A stretch of DNA of 64,000 bases from Lingula anatina (GCA_051362555.1 CM120644.1:10238954-10302953); one strand, 5' to 3'. Shown: positions 13,001 through 26,030, numbered from the stretch's first letter. Notes: generated from the letters alone by a model not told the origin. Numbers and translations are program-made.

Positions 13001-16000
13001 TAGGGCACATTCGTCTACATCGGCACACGCTGTGCCGTCGCCGGTGAAACCAGCTAGGCAGGTGCAGGTGAAACTGCCCACGGTGTTGGCGCATGTGGCA
13101 TTCTCATCGCAATCATCTGCGGCTAGGGCACATTCGTCTACATCGGCACACGCTGTGCCGTCGCCGGTGAAACCAGCCAGGCAGGTGCAGGTGAAACTGC
13201 CCACGGTGTTGGCACATGTGGCATTCTCAGCGCAATCATCTGTGGCTAGGGCACATTCGTCTACATCAGCACACGCTGTGCCGTCGCCGGTGAAACCAGC
13301 TAGGCAGGTGCAGGTGAAACTGCCCACGGTGTTGGCGCATGTGGCATTCTCAGCGCAATCATCTGTGGCTAGGGCACATTCGTCTACATCGGCACACGCT
13401 GTGCCGTCGCCGGTGAAACCAGTTAGGCAGGTGCAGGTGAAACTGCCCACGGTGTTGGCGCATGTGGCATTCTCATCGCAATCATCTGTGGCTAGGGCAC
13501 ATTCGTCTACATCGGCACACGCTGTGCCGTCGCCGGTGAAACCAGCCAGGCAGGTGCAGGTGAAACTGCCCACGGTGTTGGCGCATGTGGTATTCTCAGC
13601 GCAATCATTTGTGGCTAGGGCACATTCGTCTACATCGGCACACGCTGTGCCGTCGCCGGTGAAACCAGCTAGGCAGGTGCAGGTGAAGCTGCCCACGGTG
13701 TTGGCGCATGTGGCATTCTCAGCGCAATCATTTGTGGCTAGGGCACATTCGTCTACATCGGCACACGCTGTGCCGTCGCCGGTGAAACCAGCTAGGCAGG
13801 TGCAGGTGAAACTGCCCACGGTGTTGGCGCATGTGGCATTCTCATCGCAATCATCTGTGGCTAGGGCACATTCGTCTACATCGGCACACGTTGTGCCGTC
13901 GCCGGTGAAATCAGCTAGGCAGGTGCAGGTGAAACTGCCCACGGTGTTGGCGCATGTGGCATTCTCAGCGCAATTATCTGTGGCTAGGGCACATTCGTCT
14001 ACATCGGCACACACTGTGCCGTCGCCGGTGAAACCAGCTAGGCAGGTGCAGGTGAAACTGCCCACGGTGTTGGCGCATGTGGAATTCTCAGCGCAATCAT
14101 TTGTGGCTAGGGCACATTCGTCTACATCGGCACACGCTGTGCCGTCGCCGGTGAAACCAGCTAGGCAGGTGCAGGTGAAACTGCCCACGGTGTTGGCGCA
14201 TGTGGCATTCTCATCGCAATCATCTGTGGCTAGGGCACATTCGTCTACATCGGCACACGTTGTGCCGTCGCCGGTGAAACCAGCTAGGCAGGTGCAGGTG
14301 AAACTGCCCACGATGTTGGCGCATGTGGCATTCTCAGCGCAATCATCTGTGGCTAGGGCACATTCGTCTACATCGGCACACGCTGTGCCGTCGCCGGTGA
14401 AACCAGCTAGGCAGGTGCAGGTGAAACTGCCCACGGTGTTGGCGCATGTGGCATTCTCAGCGCAATCATCTGGGGCTAGGGCACATTCGTCTACATCGGC
14501 ACACGCTGTGCCATCGCCGGTGAAACCAGCTAGGCAGGTGCAGGTGAAACTGCCCACGGTGTTGGCGCATGTGGCATTCTCAGCGCAATCATCTGTGGCT
14601 AGGGCACATTCGTCTACATCGGCACACGCTGTGCCGTCGCCGGTGAAACCAGCTAGGCAGGTGCAGGTGAAACTGCCCACGGTGTTGGCGCATGTGGCAT
14701 TCTCAGCGCAATCATCTGTGGCTAGGGCACATTCGTCTACATCGGCACACGCTGTGCCGTCGCCGGTGAAACCAGCTAGGCAGGTGCAGGTGAAACTGCC
14801 CACGGTGTTGGCGCATGTGGCATTCTCATCGCAATCATCTGTGGCTAGGGCACATTCGTCTACATCGGCACACGCTGTGCCGTCGCCGGTGAAACCAGCT
14901 AGGCAGGTGCAGGTGAAACTGCCCACGGTGTTGGCACATGTGGCATTCTCAGCGCAATCATCTGTGGCTAGGGCACATTCGTCTACATCGGCACACGCTG
15001 TGCCGTCGCCGGTGAAACCAGCTAGGCAGGTGCAGGTGAAACTGCCCACGGTGTTGGCGCATGTGGCATTCTCAGCGCAATCATTTGTGGCTAGGGCACA
15101 TTCGTCTACATCGGCACACGCTGTGCCGTCGCCGGTGAAACCAGCTAGGCAGGTGCAGGTGAAACTGCCCACGGTGTTGGCGCATGTGGCATTCTCAGCG
15201 CAATCATCTGTGGCTAGGGCACATTCGTCTACATCGGCACACGCTGTGCCGTCGCCGGTGAAACCAGCTAGGCAGGTGCAGGTGAAACTGCCCACGGTGT
15301 TGGCGCATGTGGCATTCTCAGCGCAATCATCTGTGGCTAGGGCACATTCGTCTACATCGGCACACGCTGTGCCGTCGCCGGTGAAACCAGCTAGGCAGGT
15401 GCAGGTGAAACTGCCCACGGTGTTGGCGCATGTGGCATTCTCATCGCAATCATCTGTGGCTAGGGCACATTCGTCTACATCGGCACACGCTGTGCCGTCG
15501 CCGGTGAAACCAGCAAGGCAGGTGCAGGTGAAACTGCCCACGGTGTTGGCGCATGTGGAATTCTCAGCGCAATCATCTGTGGCTAGGGCACATTCGTCTA
15601 CATCGGCACACGCTGTGCCGTCGCCGGTGAAACCAGCTAGGCAGGTGCAGGTGAAACTGCCCACGGTGTTGGCGCATGTGGCATTCTCATCGCAATCATC
15701 TGCGGCTAGGGCACATTCGTCTACATCGGCACACGCTGTGCCGTCGCCGGTGAAACCAGCCAGGCAGGTGCAGGTGAAACTGCCCACGGTGTTGGCACAT
15801 GTGGCATTCTCAGCGCAATCATCTGTGGCTAGGGCACATTCGTCTACATCAGCACACGCTGTGCCGTCGCCGGTGAAACCAGCTAGGCAGGTGCAGGTGA
15901 AACTGCCCACGGTGTTGGCGCATGTGGCATTCTCAGCGCAATCATTTGTGGCTAGGGCACATTCGTCTACATCGGCACACGCTGTGCCGTCGCCGGTGAA

Positions 16001-19000
16001 ACCAGCTAGGCAGGTGCAGGTGAAACTGCCCACGGTGTTGGCGCATGTGGCATTCTCAGCGCAATCATCTGTGGCTAGGGCACATTCGTCTACATCGGCA
16101 CACGCTGTGCCGTCGCCGGTGAAACCAGCTAGGCAGGTGCAGGTGAAACTGCCCACGGTGTTGGCGCATGTGGCATTCTCATCGCAATCATCTGTGGCTA
16201 GGGCACATTCGTCTACATCGGCACACGCTGTGCCGTCGCCGGTGAAACCAGCTAGGCAGGTGCAGGTGAAACTGCCCACGGTGTTGGCGCATGTGGCATT
16301 CTCAGTGCAATCATCTGTGGCTAGGGCACATTCGTCTACATCGGCACACGCTGTGCCGTCGCCGGTGAAACCAGCAAGGCAGGTGCAGGTGAAACTGCCC
16401 ACGGTGTTGGCGCATGTGGAATTCTCAGCGCAATCATCTGTGGCTAGGGCACATTCGTCTACATCGGCACACGCTGTGCCGTCGCCGGTGAAACCAGCTA
16501 GGCAGGTGCAGGTGAAACTGCCCACGGTGTTGGCGCATGTGGCATTCTCATCGCAATCATCTGTGGCTAGGGCACATTCGTCTACATCGGCACACGCTGT
16601 GCCGTCGCCGGTGAAACCAGCCAGGCAGGTGCAGGTGAAACTGCCCACGGTGTTGGCACATGTGGCATTCTCAGCGCAATCATCTGTGGCTAGGGCACAT
16701 TCGTCTACATCGGAACACGCTGTGCCGTCGCCGGTGAAACCAGCTAGGCAGGTGCAGGTGAAACTGCCCACGGTGTTGGCGCATGTGGCATTCTCAGCGC
16801 AATCATCTGTGGCTAGGGCACATTCGTCTACATCGGCACACGCTGTGCCGTCGCCGGTGAAACCAGCCAGGCAGGTGCAGGTGAAACTGCCCACGGTGTT
16901 GGCGCATGTGGCATTCTCAGCGCAATCATTTGTGGCTAGGGCACATTCGTCTACCTCGGCACACGCTGTGCCGTCGCCGGTGAAACCAGCCAGGCAGGTG
17001 CAGGTGAAACTGCCCACGGTGTTGGCACATGTGGCATTCTCAGCGCAATCATCTGTGGCTAGGGCACATTCGTCTACATCGGCACACACTGTGCCGTCGC
17101 CGGTGAAACCAGCTAGGCAGGTGCAGGTGAAACTGCCCACGGTGTTGGCGCATGTGGAATTCTCAGCGCAATCATCTGTGGCTAGGGCACATTCGTCTAC
17201 ATCGGCACACGCTGTGCCGTCGCCGGTGAAACCAGCCAGGCAGGTGCAGGTGAAACTGCCCACGGTGTTGGCGCATGTGGCATTCTCAGCGCAATCATTT
17301 GTGGCTAGGGCACATTCGTCTACCTCGGCACACGCTGTGCCGTCGCCGGTGAAACCAGCTAGGCAGGTGCAGGTGAAACTGCCCACGGTGTTGGCGCATG
17401 TGGCATTTTCAGCGCAATCATCTGTGGCTAGGGCACAGTCGTCTACATCGGCACACACTGTGCCGTCGCCGGTGAAACCAGCTAGGCAGGTGCAGGTGAA
17501 ACTGCCCACGGTGTTGGCGCATGTGGAATTCTCATCGCAATCATCTGTGGCTAGGGCACATTCGTCTACATCGGCACACGCTGTGCCGTCGCCGGTGAAA
17601 CCAGCTAGGCAGGTGCAGGTGAAACTGCCCACGGTGTTGGCGCATGTGGCATTCTCAGCGCAATCATCTGTGGCTAGGGCACATTCGTCTACATCGGCAC
17701 ACGCTGTGCCGTCGCCGGTGAAACCAGCTAGGCAGGTGCAGGTGAAACTGCCCACGGTGTTGGCGCATGTGGCATTTTCAGCGCAATCATCTGTGGCTAG
17801 GGCACAGTCGTCTACATCGGCACACGCTGTGCCGTCGCCGGTGAAACCAGCTAGGCAGGTGCAGGTGAAACTGCCCACGGTGTTGGCGCATGTGGCATTC
17901 TCATCGCAATCATCTGTGGCTAGGGCACATTCGTCTACATCGGCACACGCTGTGCCGTCGCCGTTGAAACCAGCAAGGCAGGTGCAGGTGAAACTGCCCA
18001 CGGTGTTGGCGCATGTGGAATTCTCAGCGCAATCATCTATGGCTAGGGCACATTCGTCTACATCGGCACACGCTGTGCTGTCGCTGGTGAAACCAGCTAG
18101 GCAGGTGCAGGTGAAACTGCCCACGGTGTTGGCGCATGTGGCATTCTCATCGCAATCATCTGTGGCTAGGGCACATTCGTCTACATCGGCACACGCTGTG
18201 CCGTCGCCGGTGAAACCAGCCAGGCAGGTGCAGGTGAAACTGCCCACGGTGTTGGCACATGTGGCATTCTCAGCGCAATCATCTGTGGCTAGGGCACATT
18301 CGTCTACATCGGCACACGCTGTGCCGTCGCCGGTGAAACCAGCTAGGCAGGTGCAGTTGAAACTGCCCACGGTGTTGGCGCATGTGGCATTCTCAGCGCA
18401 ATCATCTGTGGCTAGGGCACATTCGTCTACATCGGCACACGCTGTGCCGTCGCCGGTGAAACCAGCTAGGCAGGTGCAGGTGAAACTGCCCACGGAGTTG
18501 GCGCATGTGGCATTCTCAGCGCAATCATCTGTGGCTAGGGCACATTCGTCTACATCGGCACACGCTGTGCCGTCGCCGGTGAAACCAGCTAGGCAGGTGC
18601 AGGTGAAACTGCCCACGGTGTTGGCGCATGTGGCATCCTCAGCGCAATCATCTGTGGCTAGGGCACATTCGTCTACATCGGCACACGCTGTGCCGTCGCC
18701 GGTGAAACCAGCTAGGCAGGTGCAGGTGAAACTGCCCACGGTGTTGGCGCATGTGGCATTCTCAGCGCAATCATCTGTGGCTAGGGCACATTCGTCTACA
18801 TCGGCACACGCTGTGCCGTCGCCGGTGAAACCAGCTAGGCAGGTGCAGGTGAAACTGCCCACGGTGTTGGCGCATGTGGCATTCTCAGCGCAATCATCTG
18901 TGGCTAGGGCACATTCGTCTACATCGCCACACGCTGTGCCGTCGCCGGTGAAACCAGCTAGGCAGGTGCAGGTGAAACTGCCCACGGTGTTGGCGCATGT

Positions 19001-20007
19001 GGCATTCTCATCGCAATCATCTGTGGCTAGGGCACATGCGTCTACATCGGCACACGCTATGCCGTCGCCGGTGAAACCAGCTAGGCAGGTGCAGGTGAAA
19101 CTGCCCACGGTGTTGGAGCATGTGGCATTCTCAGCGCAATCATCTGTGGCTAGGGCACATTCGTCTACATCGGCACACGCTGTGCCGTCGCCGGTGAAAC
19201 CAGCTAGGCAGGTGCAGGTGAAACTGCCCACGGTGTTGGCGCATGTGGCATTCTCAGCGCAATCATCTGTGGCTAGGGCACATTCGTCTACATCGGCACA
19301 CGCTGTGCCGTCGCCGGTGAAACCAGCTAGGCAGGTGCAGGTGAAACTGCCCACGGTGTTGGCGCATGTGGCATTCTCAGCGCAAACATCTGTGGCTAGG
19401 GCACATTCGTCTACATCGGCACACGCTGTGCCGTCGCCGGTGAATCCGTCTTTGCACGCGCACGTGAAACTGCCCACAGTGTTTGTGCATAAAGCATTTT
19501 GATTGCAGTTATTTGATGTAATGGTATTCAGAGGAAACGTGGCTGTTGTACCTGCAATTATTGCCTGTGTTGATTTCGGTGTAGGCGGTGGGGTTGTAAT
19601 TACACGTACCACTGTAGTTGTCCTTATTGTTGGCCACCAGTTTTGACGTACCATTGAACCAAATTGGATTAATTGTCTTTTCCTTCTTTTAACAAGTCCA
19701 CGACGCTCTAATTTTTTGAGGACGTGAGTTTCACCGATGGATCTTCGCCTACGATCATTTAAGTCCTGTGATGTAGATGTATTGTTAAGTGCACATTCGT
19801 CTATATCCTCACACGTTGTGCCATCACCAGTAAAACCGTTGAGGCACGTGCATATATAGCTACCCACAGTGTTAGCACACGTGGAATTTTCTGTGCAGTT
19901 ATCGATATCCAGAGAACACTCGTCTATATCATCAACACATTGATAACTGCCTATAGTGTTGATACATTGTTGGTTTGGACAAGGGGAATTGGCACATTCG
20001 TCGACAT
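10060..20007 (-). CDS. Gene A giant exon (9948 bp): truncated EGF, cbEGF, EGF with furin-site insert, then ~76 tandem cbEGF repeats
   Basis: ttacag acceptor at 20008-20013, GTAAGG donor at 10054-10059, uninterrupted frame. Unit DVDECALATDDCAENATCANTVGSFTCTCLAGFTGDGTACA matches the cbEGF consensus D-x-D-E-C...C-x-N-x4-F-x-C. Confidence 0.93.
10070..19445. repeat. 123-bp coding tandem repeat, ~76 units, with variant units
   Basis: Direct 123-bp periodicity with scattered substitutions and no indels seen. Confidence 0.97.
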
Positions 20008-20077
20008 CTGTAATAAAACGTTTACCACCAATTGAATATCAATATATTATCTCTTGCCTGCATGCCTGCCTGCTTGC

Positions 20078-20078
<1 letters not shown>

Positions 20079-20111
<33 letters not shown>

Positions 20112-20126
20112 GTCTATCTATCTATC
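20079..20126. repeat. (TATC)n microsatellite (intron 2)
   Basis: tatctatctatc... run. Confidence 0.9.
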
Positions 20127-20246
20127 ACATTATTACGGCATAACATAAAATGATATACACTTTTATTTAATAAGCAAAACTTAAATTGGATTACCCTATT
20201 GTCACATTGTACATTATCTTGTCAAGAAATGTAAATTATTTAAAAT

Positions 20247-20249
<3 letters not shown>

Positions 20250-20280
<31 letters not shown>

Positions 20281-20286
20281 GAGAGA
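20250..20286. repeat. (GA)n microsatellite (intron 2)
   Basis: gagagaga run. Confidence 0.9.
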
Positions 20287-20303
20287 AAAATGACTCCCCA
20301 GAC

Positions 20304-20504
20304 CTGTACACGTAGTTCCGTCCCCAGTAAATCCGTTTCTACATACACAAGTACAACCTGTTGTTGGTGTCTGTGCGGGATTCGACTGGCACGAGCTAAA
20401 TAAAAAGGAACACAGGATCCCGTTCCCCAACAGATGGTTGTTGAGGAATAACCCTGTGTTTGAAACACACTCTGCGTTTTCATCGCATGTTTGAGCAATG
20501 GACC
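20304..20504 (-). CDS. Gene A exon 2: end of signal peptide plus atypical 8-Cys EGF-like domain
   Basis: tttcag acceptor. Translates (W)SIAQTCDENAECVSN...GCTCVCRNGFTGDGTTCT. The weak donor GTCTGG is phase 1 and joins in frame to DVDEC of the next exon. Confidence 0.8.
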
Positions 20505-22369
20505 CTGAAACACATGTACAATATAAATACTTCACAAGTAAATGTTATATATTGTCTTTAGCGGAAGTTGACAGTCGCTGTTCAGATGAGCTTCTGTATA
20601 TTATCTGAAATGTATACATAACATTTACCCCTGTTCACGTGCTCACATTTTTGTAGTCTTGATTTAACCCCCTCCCCCACACAATACGTAAAATATTTTT
20701 GTACGAAAAGGAGAGGAATATCGTATTTTTGTAGATTAAGGCACATGTAGCCTATTTTACCCTGAGGACGATTCTAGACGGAATGACCGCTTTGGATGTT
20801 GATGTCCGGTGTTTTTATATAAGAAAATTTTTGGGAATAAAATGCACCAAACAATAAACACTGACATGTAATTGTTTAATAATAAACACCAATCCCAGAG
20901 CTTGTTTTACAATATCGATGCAGTTTTAGGTAAGGGCCTAAATGAGAAAAGCCGATTCTGCGTTGTTAGTTTAAAATTCAAAGTTTGAAAACAATGGGTG
21001 CAATTTAGAGAACAAGCAGTGAATGGGTTACATAATATTCAATGTAAATGAAAATGTAGATAAATCAATTGAATTGATGCTGGTTCTAATGTTGTAAAGA
21101 TTAAGAAAAAATAAAGAAAAACAATTAAATAAATTTAGATGCAGTACGTTACGTTTTGAGTAAGATAGGCTCCAGTCAGCAACAATTCACTAGACTTTTG
21201 TAAGAGTTATGTCTGTTTTAAAGATACCCTAAACGGGACCTACTCGCCAAAGAGAATTTTTCTCTTGAAGAGGGCATTTTTCTCTTACCCAGGAATTATT
21301 GCTCGATCTGTCCAGTTGAATTTGATGTTTTATTACATGTTTTGTTAAAAAAAGTCAGTTTTAAATGACTGGGTAGTCATGTAGGAGGCCATGTCTTACT
21401 GTATATTTCAGAAAGACAACTAGGCGTCAGCTTATTTTATTTGAGGGGTTTTATTAATTTTAGGGTTTAAATTTGGGGGAACTGGAGCTCTGTGAATGAA
21501 TAAAGAATAACAAAAAGAAATACATGTTTATAATGATTTAAAAGATGACAAAAGCATTAACTCTATCTAAGCTATTGGATCTTAAGCTTTAAAGGGGTTA
21601 AGGTGCTAAGACATTGAAGGTAGTATCATAACCGTATTTCTCGCTGTAAAGTTCCGGCGTTAAGATGTGTTATCGGCAATACATATGTACAACTATACCG
21701 CTGCTGCCTCCAGCAAATATTGCTCACACATGTCAGAAAAACAACCTGGGTGGAGTTAAACACTTATATTACTCAAGTATTATCGCAGTGGGCGTATCAC
21801 GCGCGTTAAAGACGGTAACACGAGTGACCATAAATTTGAAATATGGTACTTTTTTTCTTAGTTTAATGCTCAGTCAATTGCAGATTTTTTAAATGGATTC
21901 CTGCTTTTTTTTTTTTACAAAACCTTTATTTTGTTGTATGAAACATATATTCCGCGTTTTAGAGATTATCCATAGGAGCTGGCACAAGTGATATATACAT
22001 TTCATACAGATATCGCGCTTGATATAAACAATATATAAGGATAAAATTAGAAGTATCTTGGCTCTTGCTTAAACAATTCATAATTAAATCAGCAAATTCT
22101 TAATCAGATCTGTTACTTGTTTTTAGTTATTTTGGCATTGTGTAAAATCGACCCACAAGTTTGCGTTACATCCCATTATTAGCTGTTACTGATGAACATG
22201 TAACAAGGCATCTATACGTGAGTAAGTTTGGATAATAAGGGGAACTCGACTATCGCGTTTAATTCTCTTTAAAACATTTTTGGAACAAAGAACGATAAAT
22301 ATATCCTAATATTGACCCAAAGGATGCATTTCTATTCGTTTATCAACGGACCCCTTTTTACGTAATATA

Positions 22370-24028
22370 CAGACTTGACATTTAATATGGAATATTTCAG
22401 TTTTAAAGGTATACCTAGTTAAAAAATGCTTTCTTTTTTCAAAAAAACTCAGATCTCACATAAGATATCTGACTGGAGAAGTATGAAGTCAGGTGTGTCG
22501 CTACCAATTAACTGACTACCAAGTCTGTTGCACTGCTGCATTGTGTAATATGCAGTGATTTAATTGGCTGGTGCTCCTTTGGGCTGGTCAAAGCTTGGCT
22601 TTGATGAAGCATGGTTCTGTCAAAAAAGTATCCATGTGTCGGCAACTACTGTATCGAAGAATTTGAAATTTTGCATGCAAACGGACCGTTGCATTGCGTA
22701 ACATGAATTAAGCAGTGTTTTTTAAAATTGTTTAGCTGTGCCAGAATGGCGCGAAAAAGACAGACATTGCCAGACAGATTATTGTGTCAAACGGAATGGT
22801 CTGCACAGTTTTATAGGGTTATGCCCAAACTGATGCACCTACACAGATACCACGCCCAATGTATCGACATCTTACCACCAGGTTACAGGACTCGCTGTCC
22901 TTCAGGATATGCTGCTGCAATTAAACCAAAACCACCCAGTCCGTTTTGAATGAGGGGCAAATTGTCACCAAAACGCGTTTTTTCAAGGCTCTTAGCGAAC
23001 ACCAAAATGGTTTCAGAAGGTTAGGATATCAGGCGACCTCTGAGGAAGCCACTGTAAACAGCTAAACGGCGTAGTCTGTCTCTCTAATGAATTGGGGACC
23101 CTGACCGTTTCTGGGTAGAACACTGATATCGCGTGGCTTTCTTTATGGAAGTCAGATTTCACCCGTACCACTAAAATGGTCAAAACAGAGTTTACAGACA
23201 TCCTGAAGAGGCCTACGACAAGACGTGTGTACTATTTAAGTGACTAGGGTCATTGGAAGCATCACTATTTGGAGTGGATACCACATTAGTGCCAAAACAC
23301 TAATGGAAGTCATCGATGAAAACCTGAACCAGATCAAATAGAGGAATACTCTGGGAACCACTTGACCATCATTTGATAGGGGCATCTTAGGAACAATTTT
23401 GGTTGCACGATGAGATTGCCGGTTCACACAGAGAACTTTTAATAGCAGATAACTTACAGAACCAAGGGAATGAGCAGCTACCTTGGTCATCAAAATCGCC
23501 ATATTTGAACCACATAGACAATATGTGGGTAGGTCATTACTCGCTGTATCAACGGCTTGCATGTCCTACAACAAAACTGAACCAAACTGGCCAAGTCTTA
23601 ACCGTTGCCTGGAATTTTATTCCAGATTAAACTCTAAAAACCCATTCTAAGGAATGTCTTGTCGCTTGAAAGCTCTGGTAGCAGCAAGATGAGGTCCGGC
23701 GTAACAGCGACCATTGCTGTGACTAGACACCCACATGAGGGACCTTTGTGGGGCGTGTAACTCTTTTAAAGAGGATAACTTGGAAAATATGGATATCCAA
23801 AATATCGCTTTCAATGGTTGTCGTATGACTTAAAATAGGCAATGTATTTTTGTTTGCTTCACTGGCGAATTCAATTAATGGACTCATGTCACAATAACAT
23901 CGAACAAATTATCAGAAGTTTTTAAAACACGATTTTAATCCTTCTTTTCATTTATCAGTCAGCAAAATAGGAAAAAAACTGATTAATTATGATTTGGAAA
24001 AAATATTCCATATTAAATGTCAAGTCTG
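22370..24028 (+). mobile_element. Full-length degenerate Tc1-like transposon in intron 1 of gene A
   Basis: Perfect 28-bp TIR CAGACTTGACATTTAATATGGAATATTT with TA on both sides; 1659 bp. Relic motif LPWSSKSPYLNHIDNMW corresponds to WPxxSPDLNPIENxW. Confidence 0.92.
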
Positions 24029-24297
24029 TAGTAATATATGTACGTATAATACGTAATATATGTGGTTGTTAAAACAAGTTTGACATATTTTGTGGTTACA
24101 AGTTTTACTTTACATGCATTTTGGAATGACGAAATAATTATGGATTCAAGATAAAAGCGAATTTTGAAAAAAGAATTAAATGGAAAATATTAAATTTAAA
24201 AAACGGAATGAAATAAGGAGAATTTAGTGTAGCAAATGATAAAATTAAATAATCAGGACAACAACTTGTAATTACACACATATATAAAAGTACTTAC

Positions 24298-24337
24298 ACT
24301 TGAATAGGGTGACCAGTAACAAAACACTCAACGACAT
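24298..24337 (-). CDS. Gene A exon 1: signal peptide MSLSVLLLVTLFK
   Basis: ATG, hydrophobic core and consensus GTAAGT phase-1 donor. Splices in frame to give MSLSVLLLVTLFKWSIA-QTC. Confidence 0.78.
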
Positions 24338-24367
24338 TATCTTTATCTCTGCCCACCTCGCTTCATA

Positions 24368-24404
24368 TCAGTGAATCCAATCCCAGGACATTCGCACTTT
24401 TATC
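24368..24404 (-). promoter_or_regulatory. Putative core promoter of gene A (GATAAAAG TATA-like box, Inr-like TCACT)
   Basis: Minus-strand GATAAAAG at 24397-24404, ~25-30 bp upstream of TCACTGA and ~60 bp upstream of the ATG. Positional inference only. Confidence 0.35.
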
Positions 24405-24652
24405 TACAACTTTTTAGCCCTCGGCATTGGTTGCGGTGCTATGCTAATTCGCTGTCACGTGAAGAAATGCGTCATTTTTAGCCAATTCTGTATTCATTAG
24501 CTGCAGCTTTCAGTTAACAATGGTGTTTTTGTTTGGGATGGGTTGAATTTAAAGGCTTTTTACATTAAAGATGTTGCTATGCTTACGTTTCATTTTGGGT
24601 TTAAATCAGTTTGAGCACAAATGCCCTTACATGTAATCAATCCCAACACAGG

Positions 24653-24823
24653 CAGGCCCGTAGCCAGCAATTACAAAGGGGGGGGGGCTTTTTTCTGAAA
24701 AAGTGGACCTTTTACCATATAATCCCCATGTACCTAGGTCAAATTTTACCCAGAGTGGACCTTTTTCCAGCAAAAAGGGAGGGTTCTTTCGAACCCCCCG
24801 AATCCCCCCTGGCTACGGGCCCG
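24653..24823. mobile_element. hAT-like MITE upstream of gene A
   Basis: TIR CAGGCCCGTAGCCAG ... CTGGCTACGGGCCCG (14/15 match); ACAGG repeated on both flanks. Confidence 0.65.
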
Positions 24824-26030
24824 ACAGGTGACCAGGTAATAAAGAATATGCATGTGCAGTAGAGAAAATGCTAGTAAGTCATAGCATCAGAAATAATGAT
24901 CAAGAGAGAAAATACCTTAAGGTGCCGTAATTATGTTCACTTTAGTACATTGTAGTAAGAAAACTGTTTGAATTTTCTATTAGCCATTGGATTTTTTACT
25001 TAGAAAGAGACGTGTGTAAAGCTATAGAAATACAACATACACGTATATGGGTTTATTTGAACGTGATCTCGATCGTTGTCATTGCTCCCGGAAATTCGTG
25101 ATTTATCTGACACTATTTTAATATTTTAATTAAAATTATTCTTAGTTTTTTGGCTAAGGGTCACTTAATAATGGTACTTAGAAACACTACATTTCCGCAG
25201 ACTAGTTTTGAACTGTTTCTCGGACAATGTTTTTATAAAGTCATTAAAAATTTTCGTAATTTCGAGGTTAAATATTTGTTTTATTTATGAAGTAGAAGGA
25301 TTGTACATATTTAAAATCTTGACTTTGTAAGTATCAGAAACTGTTAATATTTTATGCAATTCGTTATCATCCTCGACGCGTACTTAACAGCTAACTTGAT
25401 ATCTATGGCATACCCTTATCAAGTATACACTTGGTGTTAATTGGGTTTGTAACTGTTTGTATCGTTATTTATAGTCTACTCAGTGTAATTGATATGTAGT
25501 TTGAATAAGATTAAATTAGATTTATAAAAAGTTTAACATTTAAAATCATAATATTAAAATCGATCTACACCACTACGTGTTGTTGAAGAAGTTTACTGAA
25601 TAATGGTGTTCAATCTCATTTGTGTTTTTGAGTTTTAATTGTAATTGTTATATTTTCAGTCTTTTATGCACGGAAATATTTCCACGAAAATGGAAATATT
25701 ATCAGTCAAATGATAATAAAGAGGGCAATTTCTCCCCTTTGAGCTCGCACGACAGTTAATTACCCCCTTACAGCTTTTAGTAGGCGGGACAGAGGCTTAA
25801 GCCAGCTAAACTGACAGTAATCTAGTGAGATTCTCCACAGGGATAGATCGATCTAAAATCTGTGGGAATGGGATAAGAAAGGGATAAGTTAGCTTGAGAA
25901 ATGTCATTTGAACCCACCGAAACCTATCCCTGCCTATCGGGCTGCCTGCAAAGGGTTAATGCGGAATCCAAAAATACACTTAAAATCATAATAGGGAACT
26001 ATAAACTCCTCTTCCAAACAGTGATATATA

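Noticed and set aside
10060-20007. Calling the gene fibrillin, Notch or fibropellin
   Set aside because: No TB, LNR/ankyrin, CUB, avidin or TM domains are seen; the similarity is only the generic cbEGF.
25757-25960. Possible piggyBac-like MITE (..CCCCTTACAG / CTGCAAAGGGTTAA)
   Set aside because: TIR match is too weak and the left TTAA is not adjacent.
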